From positions 434,001 through 498,000 of the forward strand of contig JASVEC010000010.1 of assembly GCA_030770535.1 (NCBI GenBank): 64,000 nt of DNA, written 5' to 3'. Origin of the DNA: Batkoa obscura. Its lineage: Eukaryota. A program made the translations under genes and the position numbers. Below, piece after piece: positions 12,737 through 26,006 of this stretch (positions are counted from its first letter, which is position 1; each line of letters opens with the position of its first letter). The notes below the pieces were generated by a model. It was not told the origin of the DNA. It did no database searches and worked only from the letters and a program-made list of their open reading frames with translations.

Positions 12737-13891
12737 ATGAGTAATACATCGCCGATTTATAACTTTGCCGCCGGTCCCTCCGTATTAGCAGATGAAGTCT
12801 TAAAAAAATGCTCTGATGCTATTTTGGAGTATTCTGAAACCCCTGGGGAATCTATCTTATCCTTAAGTCATCGTTCGGCTGCATTTAAGTCAATCATTGA
12901 AAACAGTAAACAGTTATTAACTGAATTATTAGATATCCCAAGCACCCATCAGATTCTATTTTTACAAGGTGGTGGTACTGGGCAGTTCACAGGAAGTGTA
13001 TTAAACTTGTTAGCTAATTATAACAACGATCAATTAAACAATAAGTACGGCCATTATCTAGTCAGTGGTACCTGGTCATTGGCCGCTTATACTCAAGCTA
13101 AAGGATACAACCTACCAGTTAAGATGTTATCGGATTCCAGAGAACATTACAGTGGTAAATTTAATGGCATAAACACTCAAGAAATTCAATTGAATTCTCC
13201 TGAAGAGATAGCTTACTTTTACTACTGTGCAAATGAAACTGTTAATGGAGTAGAGGCCCATGATATCCTCAATAACATTGATTCTAAGATACCAATTATC
13301 TGTGACATGTCTTCAAATATTATGGCAAGGAAAGTTGATTTCAAACGATATTCGATTGTATTTGGTGGAGCTCAAAAAAATTTGGGTCCAGCTGGAGTGA
13401 CCATTGCTATTGTACATGATGATGTGTTGAAGAATAGACAAGCTGAGTTGAAGTTCCCCATACCAACTGTGTTTGATTATTCCATTATGGCAAAGAACAA
13501 TTCGTTATATAATACACCACCTACATTTGCTATTCTGGCTTTGATGTATAATTTAGAGTGGATAAAAAAACAAGGAGGTTTAAAGAAAATGATAGAAAAG
13601 AGTCAAAGTAGTAGCCAACAGTTATATGAATTTATTGATAAAAATAATAAGTTTTATAAATGCCCAGTTAACAAGGAATTCCGCTCATGGACTAATGTGG
13701 TTTTTAATTTGAATAGTGAAGAGTTGGAACAAAAGTTTATTAAGTCAGCTAAAGAGAAGAACCTTATTAATTTAAACGGCCATCGTTCAATCGGAGGTAT
13801 TCGAGTGTCTTTATATAATGGACTGCAAGAGAAAGCAGTGACTGTGTTAGTTGAATTTATGCAAGATTTTTTAAATCAAAATGATAAATAA
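12737..13891 (+). CDS. SER1: phosphoserine aminotransferase (intronless)
   Basis: YNFAAGP, SHRS, LFLQGGGTGQF, CANETVNGVE, DMSSN, GAQKNLGPAG (PLP Lys), SLYNTPPTF, GHRSIGGIRVSLYN. Confidence 0.97.
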   Translation: MSNTSPIYNFAAGPSVLADEVLKKCSDAILEYSETPGESILSLSHRSAAFKSIIENSKQLLTELLDIPSTHQILFLQGGGTGQFTGSVLNLLANYNNDQLNNKYGHYLVSGTWSLAAYTQAKGYNLPVKMLSDSREHYSGKFNGINTQEIQLNSPEEIAYFYYCANETVNGVEAHDILNNIDSKIPIICDMSSNIMARKVDFKRYSIVFGGAQKNLGPAGVTIAIVHDDVLKNRQAELKFPIPTVFDYSIMAKNNSLYNTPPTFAILALMYNLEWIKKQGGLKKMIEKSQSSSQQLYEFIDKNNKFYKCPVNKEFRSWTNVVFNLNSEELEQKFIKSAKEKNLINLNGHRSIGGIRVSLYNGLQEKAVTVLVEFMQDFLNQNDK

Positions 13892-14249
13892 AATTTATTT
13901 TGTGATATATAATTGTTGTTACTTACTATATTATATACTATTTTATGGCATTTTACATATATATTTATTACTCTAGCTTATTGTTTTGTTATTTTACATT
14001 TAGTCACCATAACTCCTAAAAATCAAGTAGCTTATAATTGGCTATAATTTCAAGGATGAAGTCAATGAAATTCAACTTGACCAAAATCAAATTAACCAAT
14101 AAACCCTATATTTTCCCTTTATCCTAGCCAATAAACTATAGCTTAACCGACATATTAATTAACCCAAAGCAAAATCATGGCACTTAAAATTTATAAAAAA
14201 AACGAGCACAACTTTAACTAAATTAGAATTCATATTCGTCAACTGAAAA

Positions 14250-14983
14250 ATGAGCTATTATTCATACGGGACAGGGTATTACAACTACACCGTTAGCGCT
14301 ATTATAATCTACGCTGCCATTCATGGTTTGTATTTATTACTTACTGGTCAAGGTGAGAAGGTAAACATTGGACAGTGGTTAATTGATACCTCACCTTATG
14401 TGTGGTCAAGTTTAGGTATAGGACTTTGCATTGGTTTATCCATCGTTGGTGCTGCTTGGGGTATTTTTGTAACTGGAACATCTATTTTAGGTGGTGCAGT
14501 TAAAGCGCCACGTATTCAAACCAAGAATTTAATCTCGATTATTTTTTGTGAAGTTGTAGCGATCTATGGGGTGATTATGGCCATTTTATTTTCAGCAAAA
14601 TTAGGTGAAGTTGCAGCTGTTAGTGGTGGGGAATTATTTACTAAGTCGCATTATTATACAGGTAAATTGCCATGTTTTTCAGGGGTATTAAAGGTAATTT
14701 TTTGTTTTTAGGTTACGCTATATTTTGGGGTGGTTTAACTGTTGGATTATGTAACTTATTTTGTGGACTATGTGTTGGAGTTACTGGATCAGCTGCAGCT
14801 TTGGCTGACGCTCAAAACAGTACATTGTTCGTTAAAATATTAGTTATTGAAATCTTTGGCTCAGTTATTGGACTCTTTGGTTTGATTGTTGGTCTTCTTA
14901 CAGTAATTTAGATTTTAGTTTTAATTCAAGTGTATTCTAATAACTCTTTTATTTAGGCTGGCAAAGCAGAAGGATTTGAATAA
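14250..14983 (+). CDS. VMA16: V-ATPase V0 proteolipid subunit c''
   Basis: [64 protein letters not shown]; two introns; last exon AGKAEGFE*. Confidence 0.95.
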
Positions 14984-15194
14984 TATTTTTACTTTTTTAA
15001 AACAAATAATAGTTTTCTCGTTTTATTTTAATATTTGTGTTTTGTAACTTATTTGAATCTTTCAATTATAAATGTAGATAAAAAATAAAAAAACTAATGA
15101 ATAAAAATTAGATTTATTAAATATAATAACAGATGAAACAAATAAACTTTAAAAGCAAGATCTACAATTTACTTATTTTATGATTTAAATCGTT

Positions 15195-17659
15195 TTAATT
15201 TACAGTACTTTGCTTCAATTTTTGTAATAAAGTGGTGACTTTTTCAACTAAACTTAATTCTTTACTTTCTTTTTCTTCATTTAGATCCTCTTCACTTTTG
15301 TTTTCCTCATTCCCTTTTGCTTCTTCCAGTTTTTCTTTGTTTCCATTTTCTTGTAATTGGTTATCAACCAATTCAAATGTTTCTGTGTTAACCATTACAC
15401 TTTGCTGATCTGATTCAATTAAAATGACCTTTTCAGTTGTTTCTGATAGGCTTTCAATTAGTTGGACTGAATCAAATAACTCACCAAACACTAACAAAAG
15501 TTTATCGATTTTGGAGATAGTAAGTTTTTGCTTGTCATCCGTTCCATGGGAATGAGGCTCATACGTCAATTTAATAGAAGAGGGCGAGCATGAAATTTGC
15601 AATATAGTAGCTAAAATACCATCTGCTACCATATCATTAGCTTCGTTGCCTAACCACTCCATATCAACTTCACCTTGATGAGTGCTATCGATAAGCTTAA
15701 CAACATCCAAAATTTCGATTCCGTTTTCAACAACTTGGATTGAGTCATTACCAAACATCTTCTTTAAAGTGGTTGTAATTAATGAAAATTTGGCATGAAA
15801 GCTTATACTTTGTCTCTGATGAAACTCGGCTACAGGCAATCCTGCCAAATCTTCCAAATCTTCTTCTTCCATGATTCGATATTGAAAATCTCTACCAACA
15901 ATAATTCCTTCTATCAAAGTACCTTCTGTAGGTTCTTTATTTGCAAGTTTACCTACGGTTTTTGCCATCTTTTCTGCTTTAAATGGTAATCTTACAGTCT
16001 CTGTATTTTTAGGTGTATAAATAGCCATTCTTCTACGTCTTGGTAAGTTAGGATCCAAATCCTCTTTAGTAACTGTAGCAGGATCCAATGGATTCACATA
16101 AATTTCACATAGCTTTTGCTTAAGCCTTGACATGGGTATAGGTTCTCCATGCACCAATACAAGATTCGGTGCTGCAACTAAATCAATAAACTTCGAGTTT
16201 TGGTTGAAATCAACGTGAGCTGAAAAGGATATGTATTCGACCTCCATCTTTAACGGTAATTTTCCACCCCTCATACTTGGGACTTTAGCTGGTGAACTAA
16301 GTAAAGTTCTAGCTAAAGTTCCTTCTACAGAGTAACCGCATAATAAAAGGCCATTACGGTCATCTGGACACCATCTTTCAAATAGCTCTCGACTTAGTCC
16401 GTTTTGAAGCATACCTGGGGAGGCTACCATAACACATGGGCCATTATCTTCAAAAGAATTGATGTGGCGAAGATTAGCAATATGTTTGAAAACAAATGGG
16501 TTTGAAGATGAAAATTGATTACGGATATGTTGGTTCATCATATTAATATAAGTTTGATAAACTGCCATACATTTTTTAGCCAATGAAGAAGCAAAATAAA
16601 TTGGCACATGGTCTAACTCTGGATGTGCTTGCCAGTATTCATCCAAAATCAATAAAAGTTCTTGTGCTCTACCTAAAGCAAACACAGGTATTAAACATCG
16701 ACCCCCTCTACTAACAATTTTATGAACGCTAGAAGTAAAACGCGCCTCTCTTTCTAATCTAGGCTCGTGAGCTTGATTACCGTAAGTAGCTTCGCAAATT
16801 AACACTTCTGGGGTTACATGACTGGGTCTTTCTGCAGCCATCAAATGTCTATCTTCTTCTCTAGAATAATCACCGGTATACAAAACCTTAACACCAGCAA
16901 TTTCAATTAAAAACATAGCTGCTCCCAAAACATGGCCAGCATTGTATGGCGTAAATTTTATACCATCCACATCCACTTCTTGATGATAATCTACTACGCT
17001 AATCTTTTCATAACTATGTAATAAATCCTGTTCATCAAATAACATATCATCAACGGAAGCAGTACTTAAATAGTGCAAGTTTATTAAATTTGATAAATAA
17101 AGTAAAATAAAATAAAATTACCTCACTCTCACATAATCGGTGAGAAACCATTTATAAATTGCTTTTGTTGGATGGGTCATGTAAACAGGATTTGAATAAG
17201 AAGTCTTTTAAATTTCATTAATATAAATAAATGTATAAATAGTAGTTTGGAAACATTTACTTTTTCCATAAAATAAGGCAATGATGCAGCATGATCTAAA
17301 TGAAAACTAAAAAAGAATTAATATTTATAATTACATCTATAAATAACTAAAAATACTGAGAAATTAAAACCAAGTCAACGGTATCTGGATCAATATTATC
17401 ATAAAAAGGCAAACCAGCAATCCCTTCGTGTGCTGGATGAATACCTGCATCTAACTATTTACAAAAAATAAATCATTTAAAAATGAATTTAAATTAGACC
17501 TACCATCACTGTCTTCCCTTTAAAAGATAAAATAATACAGGAACGACCAACCTCGTTACCTGCTCCTAAAGGTGTTATTTCTAATATATCATCAGCATCG
17601 CATATTACTTCGATACTTCTCTTTAAATCACTTCCAAAACTCGCTGATATATTTTCCAT
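15195..17659 (-). CDS. YSH1: CPSF73/Ysh1 pre-mRNA 3'-end endonuclease
   Basis: [12 protein letters not shown], spliced HFHLDH metallo-beta-lactamase motif, [50 protein letters not shown]. Confidence 0.96.
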
Positions 17660-18343
17660 TGTTTTAAATGTCAAAAAGTTGAATTTTTTTGGATGTTGGT
17701 TTAATAAATTTTGCATTGAATCGAAAATTTGATGATGCTAAAATAGCTGTAATAAGTTAAGTGCTTAGAATTTTATTTCGTTTGAACCTTATACCATTTA
17801 TATTGCTATTGTATGTTATGATATAAGAGACGTTTATTTTGAAATATTTTATATGATTGAGCCCTAAAGGAAGTGTCATGTGTATATATTTTAATATTTA
17901 AAAAATTATCTTACAATAATAAAAGTATAAGTATAAAATGTAAATTTGAATTTAAGAGACAATTTAAGAAAATAGCTTCTTTTTATTGTAACATCAAATA
18001 ATAGTTTTGTATATTAGGAAATGATAAAAATACTTGTTATAATACTAAATCTATAATCTAATTTTTATTAAGTTATTGTGTTAATTCAAAATATGCTTAA
18101 TATATTATTGAAAACAATAAAATTAAAGAGATCATTTTAAACATTACAGAAAAAATTTCTCACAATTCTTAATAACTTCAATTATATTAAAAAAACTCAA
18201 TCGATGCAAACAAATATTGTACATCAGTAGTTTAAAGTACCTTTCTTATATAAAGTATATATTTTATACTAATCTAAGTGTATTGAATTATACATGCCAA
18301 AATAATTTAAATAGAAAATTATTAAGTCAATTAATTATTAAAG

Positions 18344-18353
18344 TTGACGTCAA
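18344..18353. promoter_or_regulatory. palindromic CRE (ATF/CREB) site TTGACGTCAA
   Basis: Perfect TGACGTCA in the divergent intergenic region between YSH1 and the homeobox gene. Confidence 0.35.
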
Positions 18354-19406
18354 TGATTTTAAATATACTAAAAACTAGACAAAATTAATAGCTTTTCATA
18401 AATGCTATTTTAACTCTTCAATATATTAACTCAATATATTAAATTTTTATTAATACAATTTTTCAAAATAATATAACCTTTTAAATTATCAAGCTTATTT
18501 TATTTAGACACCCTAAAATTATTGTTTAAGTGGAAATGTTTTCAAAGAATAATCTTGAAGCTTATTTTTTATTATTAAATTGTGAAATTTTTATAGCATA
18601 ATACAATAACAATTGTTTATTTATAAGTTTTACTGTTAAAGATTTTCAAATAAAAAAAGTGTTGATAATGATTATTAATAAAAAATAAGTTAAAGATCTA
18701 AAGTTCTGTATTATGCCCTTGCTTCACTTTAAATAATAACATTATAATTCAAGAGAACATTCAATATATTAAACAATAGTTCCCAAGACATTAAAATAGA
18801 GGATGGGAATTGCACCAATCTTTTATCATTTTTTAGGATAATATGATTTTTATTTCGCTTAAAATTACTTCTATTGAGTTATTTACTTACTTTTTTTAGT
18901 AACAGTATTAAAACCATGACTTGATTTAATGGCATAAACGAGGGGATCTGGTAAAAATGAAGTTATAAAATTTTTCAGAGTTCAAAATTTAGAATTTATT
19001 TAGTAATAGCACTAATTCAACTTTGTTATAAATTTTTCAAAAATTTATTTATAACTAAAAAATCAAAGCTAATTGGTTCCTTGCATTAAACATTTATATT
19101 GGGGAAGTTTAATAAGTCACATAAGAACTTGGTACTTGCTATGAAATCGTAGTAATAAAAAAAAGTATATAATAAAAGGGGTTGAACATAAAATAAGAAT
19201 CCAATTTTTAATTAAATTTTTTAGTTTAAGGAGTTCTTCTTTTTTCAATTGATTTTAGCTGAGCTACTATCGAGTTTAATATTGTGTATACCATTTCCCC
19301 ATATTCCCTCAATTTCACCTTTGAATCTATATATAAGTAACTGTTTATCAATTATAATACATTGAATCCATATTATACTTAATACTTTACTTAATAACCC
19401 ATAAAA

Positions 19407-20750
19407 ATGCTTCAAAACGTCAATTATACACAACTTAATAATAACAATAATACCAATAATACCAATAATGATACCTTTGGTTTAAAAATAGATGAAAAGA
19501 GTCTCAATGCTTATTTAGAAGAACTTGGTCCTGATGCCAATATTTGTAAAAATAAACGTTCAAAGTTAACTCCACGTCAGCTGGCTTATTTGGAAGCAAC
19601 TTTTAAAACCAATAGCTCCCCTAATCATAAACATCGGTTATTAATTTCTCAAGCCATTAATATGCCCGAAAGATCAATTCAAATTTGGTTTCAAAATCGT
19701 CGAGCTAAGATTCGTAATAATCAAAGGAAAGCTACTTTAGCTTTACAAGAAGAAGCTTTACGTCAACATTACCTTGCCGCTAAAGGTCAAGATTTTGGTT
19801 CTAATTTTATGGGAGATAAATCAACTGGTCCATTTCCTGAATTTAATGCTTCAAATGGTTTAAATATCGGTTTACAAGGTTACAATTCAACCCCAATGCC
19901 TAACACCAACCAATTTTCTCCTTTTATGGCTCAATCCCCTTATTTTGATGTTAATAGTACCGCCTTTTCAACTCCTCAAGGTGTATCCACTTCTACTTTT
20001 GAATCTTATCAAGCCCCAACTGGTAATACTAATGGTATCCTTTCATGTATGATTTTAGCAATTGGAACATGGCAACGAATGGGTAGCGGAGGCGAAACAT
20101 TGGTATGTGGATATTCATGTGAAAGTAAACAAATGTCGTGGATGATTGGCAGTGGGGATATGAAGTTTCGAATTCGCTTTACCTTTAGTAACGTTGAAAA
20201 AATTGAATTAAGTTTCAATGACAGTATTTCTTCTGAATTAACTATTGATCTTAACCAAGCCCCTGAATTTTCGTCATTTATGAATGGTACTTGGGTATCC
20301 TGTCCTGATTTTTCAGAAGGTCAACAAGCAAGCCGTATCCTTCGTCATGTATTAAGAGGGGAGGCTCAAGCTTTAAGAACTCAATTTTTTGATTTATTAC
20401 AACAAGTACCTGAGCTTAATAATAAAGCTACTATTCGCCCAACTCAAGTTTCCAATGTACAAAAACTTAGTGCTACTCAATTGGAAGCCAGTAGAAGGCA
20501 ATCAGCTAGTTTAATATCATTCGATGCTAATCGTACACCTACTTATCCCCCATCAAATTTACATGGTCAAGGTGACCCTTTTAATTTAGCTTATAATAGT
20601 CTACATATGAAAGATCCATTCTCCTTTGATAGGTCACGCTCTTTATCGTTGCCTACCATTCAGCAAAATTTAACCGAAACGGGGAATTATTTTAATGAAG
20701 ATGAGTTCCAGTATAACTCTGGAATGGATAATAGTGAATCGTATAATTAA
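19407..20750 (+). CDS. homeodomain transcription factor with C-terminal Hoy1/Phx1-type domain (intronless)
   Basis: KRSKLTPRQLAYLEATF...MPERSIQIWFQNRRAK homeodomain; LSCMILAIGTWQRM...CPDFSEGQQASRILRHVLRG resembles the second domain of fungal Hoy1/Phx1-type factors. Confidence 0.9.
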   Translation: MLQNVNYTQLNNNNNTNNTNNDTFGLKIDEKSLNAYLEELGPDANICKNKRSKLTPRQLAYLEATFKTNSSPNHKHRLLISQAINMPERSIQIWFQNRRAKIRNNQRKATLALQEEALRQHYLAAKGQDFGSNFMGDKSTGPFPEFNASNGLNIGLQGYNSTPMPNTNQFSPFMAQSPYFDVNSTAFSTPQGVSTSTFESYQAPTGNTNGILSCMILAIGTWQRMGSGGETLVCGYSCESKQMSWMIGSGDMKFRIRFTFSNVEKIELSFNDSISSELTIDLNQAPEFSSFMNGTWVSCPDFSEGQQASRILRHVLRGEAQALRTQFFDLLQQVPELNNKATIRPTQVSNVQKLSATQLEASRRQSASLISFDANRTPTYPPSNLHGQGDPFNLAYNSLHMKDPFSFDRSRSLSLPTIQQNLTETGNYFNEDEFQYNSGMDNSESYN

Positions 20751-22379
20751 ATTGAACTAAAAATTTAAGTTTTTTTAGTTGTATTCCATGTATTAAAAAA
20801 TATTTTTCGTATTTAAAGTCGATATCTGTTGAACTTTTTTAAAGTAGTAGTGTTGTTCATTATAATGTATTTCTAATGATAATAAATTTCTTAGTTTTTT
20901 TTAAGTTTAATCTTTTTGCTACATTTTTAATTTTTTAATAGTCTTGTGTAATCAAGTTTTTATTTTTTTTACTAACACTCATTTGGAAATAAATTATTTT
21001 AATGTAAAAATAGAACAGTGATGATAATAATAACAAAAATTAATAAATTGCAATTTATTAATTGATATATTAAATAGTGGATATGGACTTTACTTTTTTT
21101 TCTTAATTTAAATTTTTTAAGAACATAAGTCCACTTTTGTATTTTTTAAGGTATTGCTATGAATATTTAATTGGGCATTATTATAGTATTATTTTAATTT
21201 CATTATTTATAATGTTTCTTATTATTTGTTCTATGATGAGATTTATTAAACTGTACTATTATTTAGTTTTATAACAATAACAATTTTAAAACAATTTTTT
21301 TTAGTTAATTCAATACATCCAAACATTTTACTATTATAGTTTAGTTAAATGATTTTTTTAATTCGTAATATATGATGTTTTACCAATTACAATCTCTTGA
21401 ATATTTTAAATAAACTAAAAATGTTTATTTTAACTATATTTGAAACATATAAACTACATACCCACTCAATAATAAATAGCTAATTACAACTTAATCTTAA
21501 TTTAAGTTCATAAGTTCTATATTTATAAATCTATAAGTTTTTTTTGCAATTCTATAGTTGCTAATATTATAGTGATATTTTTTTATCCTATTATATTTAA
21601 TAATGCTCTAAGTATATTAAATAAAAATTAAAAACTTTGTTTTATAAAGTATACTAACAACTTACTTTTTTATTTAAATTCGAGTTTATTATTTAAAATT
21701 AACCTCTTTAAGTATCTATTATTGCTATTATTTTATATGATAAAATTATTAATTAATTAAAAAATAGTCAACAGAGGGAGAATGCTCTCATCAAAGGAAT
21801 GGACCAAAAAGAAAGGGTAAATGAATACATTCCAACTTTTTACGCTTATTTAAATTATAGAATATTTTAGGTAGTCTATTAATTAGTCTTAGCCCTTCAA
21901 TGACTACTTAAAGCTTTCCTATATTTAGTAAATTCTGTATACTTATACAATCTTAATGGAATATAACAAACAGCTTAATAAATTTTAACATTTAAATTAT
22001 CACTAAAATCTTTTCTTTTGCTTCTAGAATTGTTAAGATGAATTTTGGCATACGTTGTTAGACTTGAACTACAAGGATAAGAGCTCATTACTGAAAACTT
22101 AGAAGTTAGTTTTCATAAACTAGTTTTTAGAATACTTACTATTTTAGTACTTCTCATTAATGAATAGAAATTCAAAGCATTTGCTTTATTAATCGCTTCT
22201 TTCTTAATATAAAAGTAATTCCAGTTTTTGATAATACATCAACCTTTTGGATATTTGCCTGTACTCTTATGCTAAAATTGTATTAAAAAAATAAACAAAA
22301 TAGTAAATCACACATTTAAAAAATTAATTTAATTTCTTATTTTTTTATTTTTTTCTAATACTAATAATATTGATATTCA

Positions 22380-23940
22380 TGAGTTACGCTGTCCAAGAAT
22401 AACAACATTAATTCAAAACTATTTATCGCTTTATGAAAAGTTTCCTTTGATAGCTTCTTTTCATTAGCACAAATAAAACACTATAAATCATTAGTTAGCG
22501 GGAATTGTCTGTCTAACTGTAGTCAAAAAAATGATATCACTTTTCATAAATTTATTAATTATTCTTTCAGTAAAACTTTGGATTTCATCTCCAATTGGGT
22601 TACTAAAGGGACCTTAGCAGCCCGCAGCTCATAATATTTTAACTTTGAGATGGCTACTGATCTCTTACTTGATTTTTTTAACTAATTCTCACTCGTCCTT
22701 TTTGCTTTATCACTGTCCCAATCCTTCGTTGAACCTTTTAGAATGTCACTTTGAAATTTATTGATTCTTTTCCGATGCTTCAGATAATGTTTCTTAAATA
22801 GGTAACTCTGGTAAACCTTAGAGATAAATATGTTCAAATTACTGCGTTTACTATTATAATAGATTTAGATAGGTACTTGATTTAAAATTCCTTTCACAAA
22901 TTCAAAACAACTCGTTCTTTATGGACTTCCTTGAAATGTCTCTATTTTTAAATGAAATCACTCCCTTTTCTTATTAAATCAGTAGATTTAAAAAAAGTTG
23001 TCCATATAATTTCGAATCTAATAATTTTAATATATAAATAAATACAAATAAAAGTGGATTCGATAATTTATATATTTATTAAAAAGGTAGAGGGTTGTAT
23101 TTCGTAATTATTAAGTTTATGGATCATATCTTACTCATCAAGTAAGTTTAACGTTTTATCAACAAATCCAATTGTCCATAATACTAACACTTGATACTAA
23201 TTTTATGGAAGAATCTTAATATACTTTGTGTTATTAATAAAATTCTAAATTTCAAATTGGATATACTTCCTTCTCAAAAAATGTTGGTGGTTTTTTTAAA
23301 TGTATTAACTGGATCTGGTTTCTATTTTTAATAATGATCTAAAGACAGTGTTTTGGACAATCGTTTCTCAAATCTTTTGTAATATTGTCCCTAATTTTAT
23401 ATTCTGACTTTTACTTTCGACTTAGTTCACAAAACTTACTCGAAGTAAAGAGGAATGAATAATAAACATAAGTCTTTAATATAGTGTTTGGGTTACAATG
23501 TATTTCTTATTAGGGTTGAAATCCATAGTCACAAACCTGAAGTGGATTTCAGCTATCAATTTTATGGTAATACTAAAGGTAGTATTGTTGATCCCTTTTT
23601 TATTTGTTCTATTTTTCAACTTAAGGTAATTATACATCATTGGTATTCTTATTAGGTCTCTTAAATTTTATTCTTTTATATTGGATGTTAGTCTTACTTT
23701 ATATCTCTTAAATTCTTCCATTAATATATCTGCCTTTTACTCCATTTATCGTGCTTATATCAAACTACCATCTACGATATCTTCTTTTATTCTTTTAATG
23801 TTCTCACTTTTTATAGTGTAGAAAATTAATTGGATTTAAGACTTCTTTTTCATAATTAGATTATCTAATAATTGTAGTGGGTATACTATACTCGTCAAAT
23901 AGACTGTCTCTTGTATCATTATATCCTAGTTCTCTTTTGT
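22380..23940 (-). other. decayed coding-like sequence, probably a transposon or pseudogene relic
   Basis: Long stop-interrupted frames on the minus strand, e.g. L*CFICANEKKLSKETFHKAINSF; no motif firmly identifying the family. Confidence 0.3.
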
Positions 23941-24139
23941 TTATTTTTTGTATAATCAACCAATTAGAAACACAACATGTTTTTGAAAAAATTCAAAATT
24001 CAAATAAATAAAGATTAAAATCATAATAAGATTTAAAGCTAGAAAGATGGACTTTAAAATATATTATTAAACTTACTTTAATTTAAATATAATAAAATTA
24101 TATTTTATTTGTACTTTTAAAAACCCTTTTATCTTCCAT

Positions 24140-25573
24140 TCACTCAAATCCCATTATTAAAGTATCTGAAAAGGTAATTAAATCAAGTTGATTTTGTTGA
24201 TTAAAAGCTAAATGAGATGGTATAATTTCATTTTCCAACATACAGTAATTGATATTTAAAAATAGATTTCTTAATACTGAAATAGTACCCGCCTCCACTG
24301 GCCTTAATAAACAAGTAAATACGAATGACAATGGTATACTTTGAAATAAATTAGTTCCAATTGTACCTGGATCACTAACACAAACTAGAAAGATCATAAA
24401 AGAATAATATTAATTGTTATATGGTAATATATGTTAAATAAATTAACTACCATTTAAATTATATTCAGTTCTTAAATAATTAGCTAAAATAATTAAGGCT
24501 AATTTGGATTGCGCATAGCCATTACTTGCATCCCAAAATCGAGTTGGTTCAAATGAAGTTAAATCAAAATTAGTAACTAATCAAATCAAATTATAATGAA
24601 TAATAAAATACAATATAATAAAATAATATTACCTCCCCAATGAACTAAAGAACCAATAAATATAATCTTTGTATTATATTTTACTAATTTATTTAATAAT
24701 AATTTAGTTATTAAATAATTGGATAAATAATTCTATTTATATTATATATTATTGTTATATATTATTATTCAATACTTACCACTTGAAAATGTTGTTCCAG
24801 TCTTTGTTCACTTAACTTACTTGAGCTTAATTCCATAATACCTGCGTTAGCTAACAAAATTAATTATAAAATATTATAATAAAATAGTAAATACCTATAA
24901 ATAAATCAATTTTCTCTACTTGTTTATTGATTTTATAACAAAATTGCTTAACTGAGTTTAAGTTCATCAAATTTAATTCAAAAAAACAAACATCTTGTTG
25001 ATTTAATTCCATTTCAAGTTCTATCTGTTTTATAATAGCTTCATATTTTATTTGATTTCTACACGCTATTCAAAATTTGTTATTAATATTATTTATTTAT
25101 CTATTTAATAATAATGAAAATTAAAGAAATATTACCGAAGATTACTTTGTATCCCATTTTTAATAATGATATACTTGATTTTAATCCAAGTCCAGAGGTA
25201 GCACCTAAATAAATAGATAAATAAATAATTCAGGTTTTGTCATTCATTTTTAATTTATTTATTTATTTTTTCTTACCAGTAACAATAGCTACTTTCTTTT
25301 TGTTATCTTTCGCTAACTCTTGTTTACCATATTCAATATAGCTATTTAAAAAGATTAAAAAAAGTAAATTATTAATAAAAACTTCAATACTTACTTTTCA
25401 ACTTGTTGTTTATAAGTTTCTTTTTCTACTTTATTAAATAAATCGAAAAACAAAGTTATTATTGTTAATACAATCAACTTAATATCTTTTATTAACCATG
25501 TAATTTGATTGACTTGATTGATTTTTTTATTTAAATATGATACATCTTTTATTAATGGTCGTGGTAAATTCAT
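24140..25573 (-). CDS. retinol-dehydrogenase-like SDR, multi-intron
   Basis: Spliced KKVAIVTG|ATSGLG, ACRN, ANAGIM, NYLSNY, GYAQSK (YxxxK), DPGTIGTNL. Confidence 0.85.
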
Positions 25574-26006
25574 TATAATTAAATTGAATATATATATTAA
25601 ATTAAAAAGTGATGAAATTTTATATAATTATTCTGTGTTTAAACTACATAATAAATTTAGCCAATGAATTGAATTCCTATTTCTTAGCTTTTAGATTTCA
25701 AAATTGGGATTCCAAGTTGTCAATAAAGATTTATAATAAAAAGAATACAAATTTAATATTAATATTATTTTATTTAAGAAACAAATAACAAAGATAAACA
25801 GATAAATAAATAAGCTTTCAGTTTTTATAATTTTTGTAAATTTATTCCTTTTTTATGTTTAGCCTTTTATTATTTTAAATCAATCACTTGTTGATATTAT
25901 CCCTTATCAACTTGCTATTATTATTTAACACGTCTAAAATCAATATATCATATAAAAATTTGAGGAAATAATTACTATTGAATTTTTATTTTATCGATTC
26001 CCTTAT

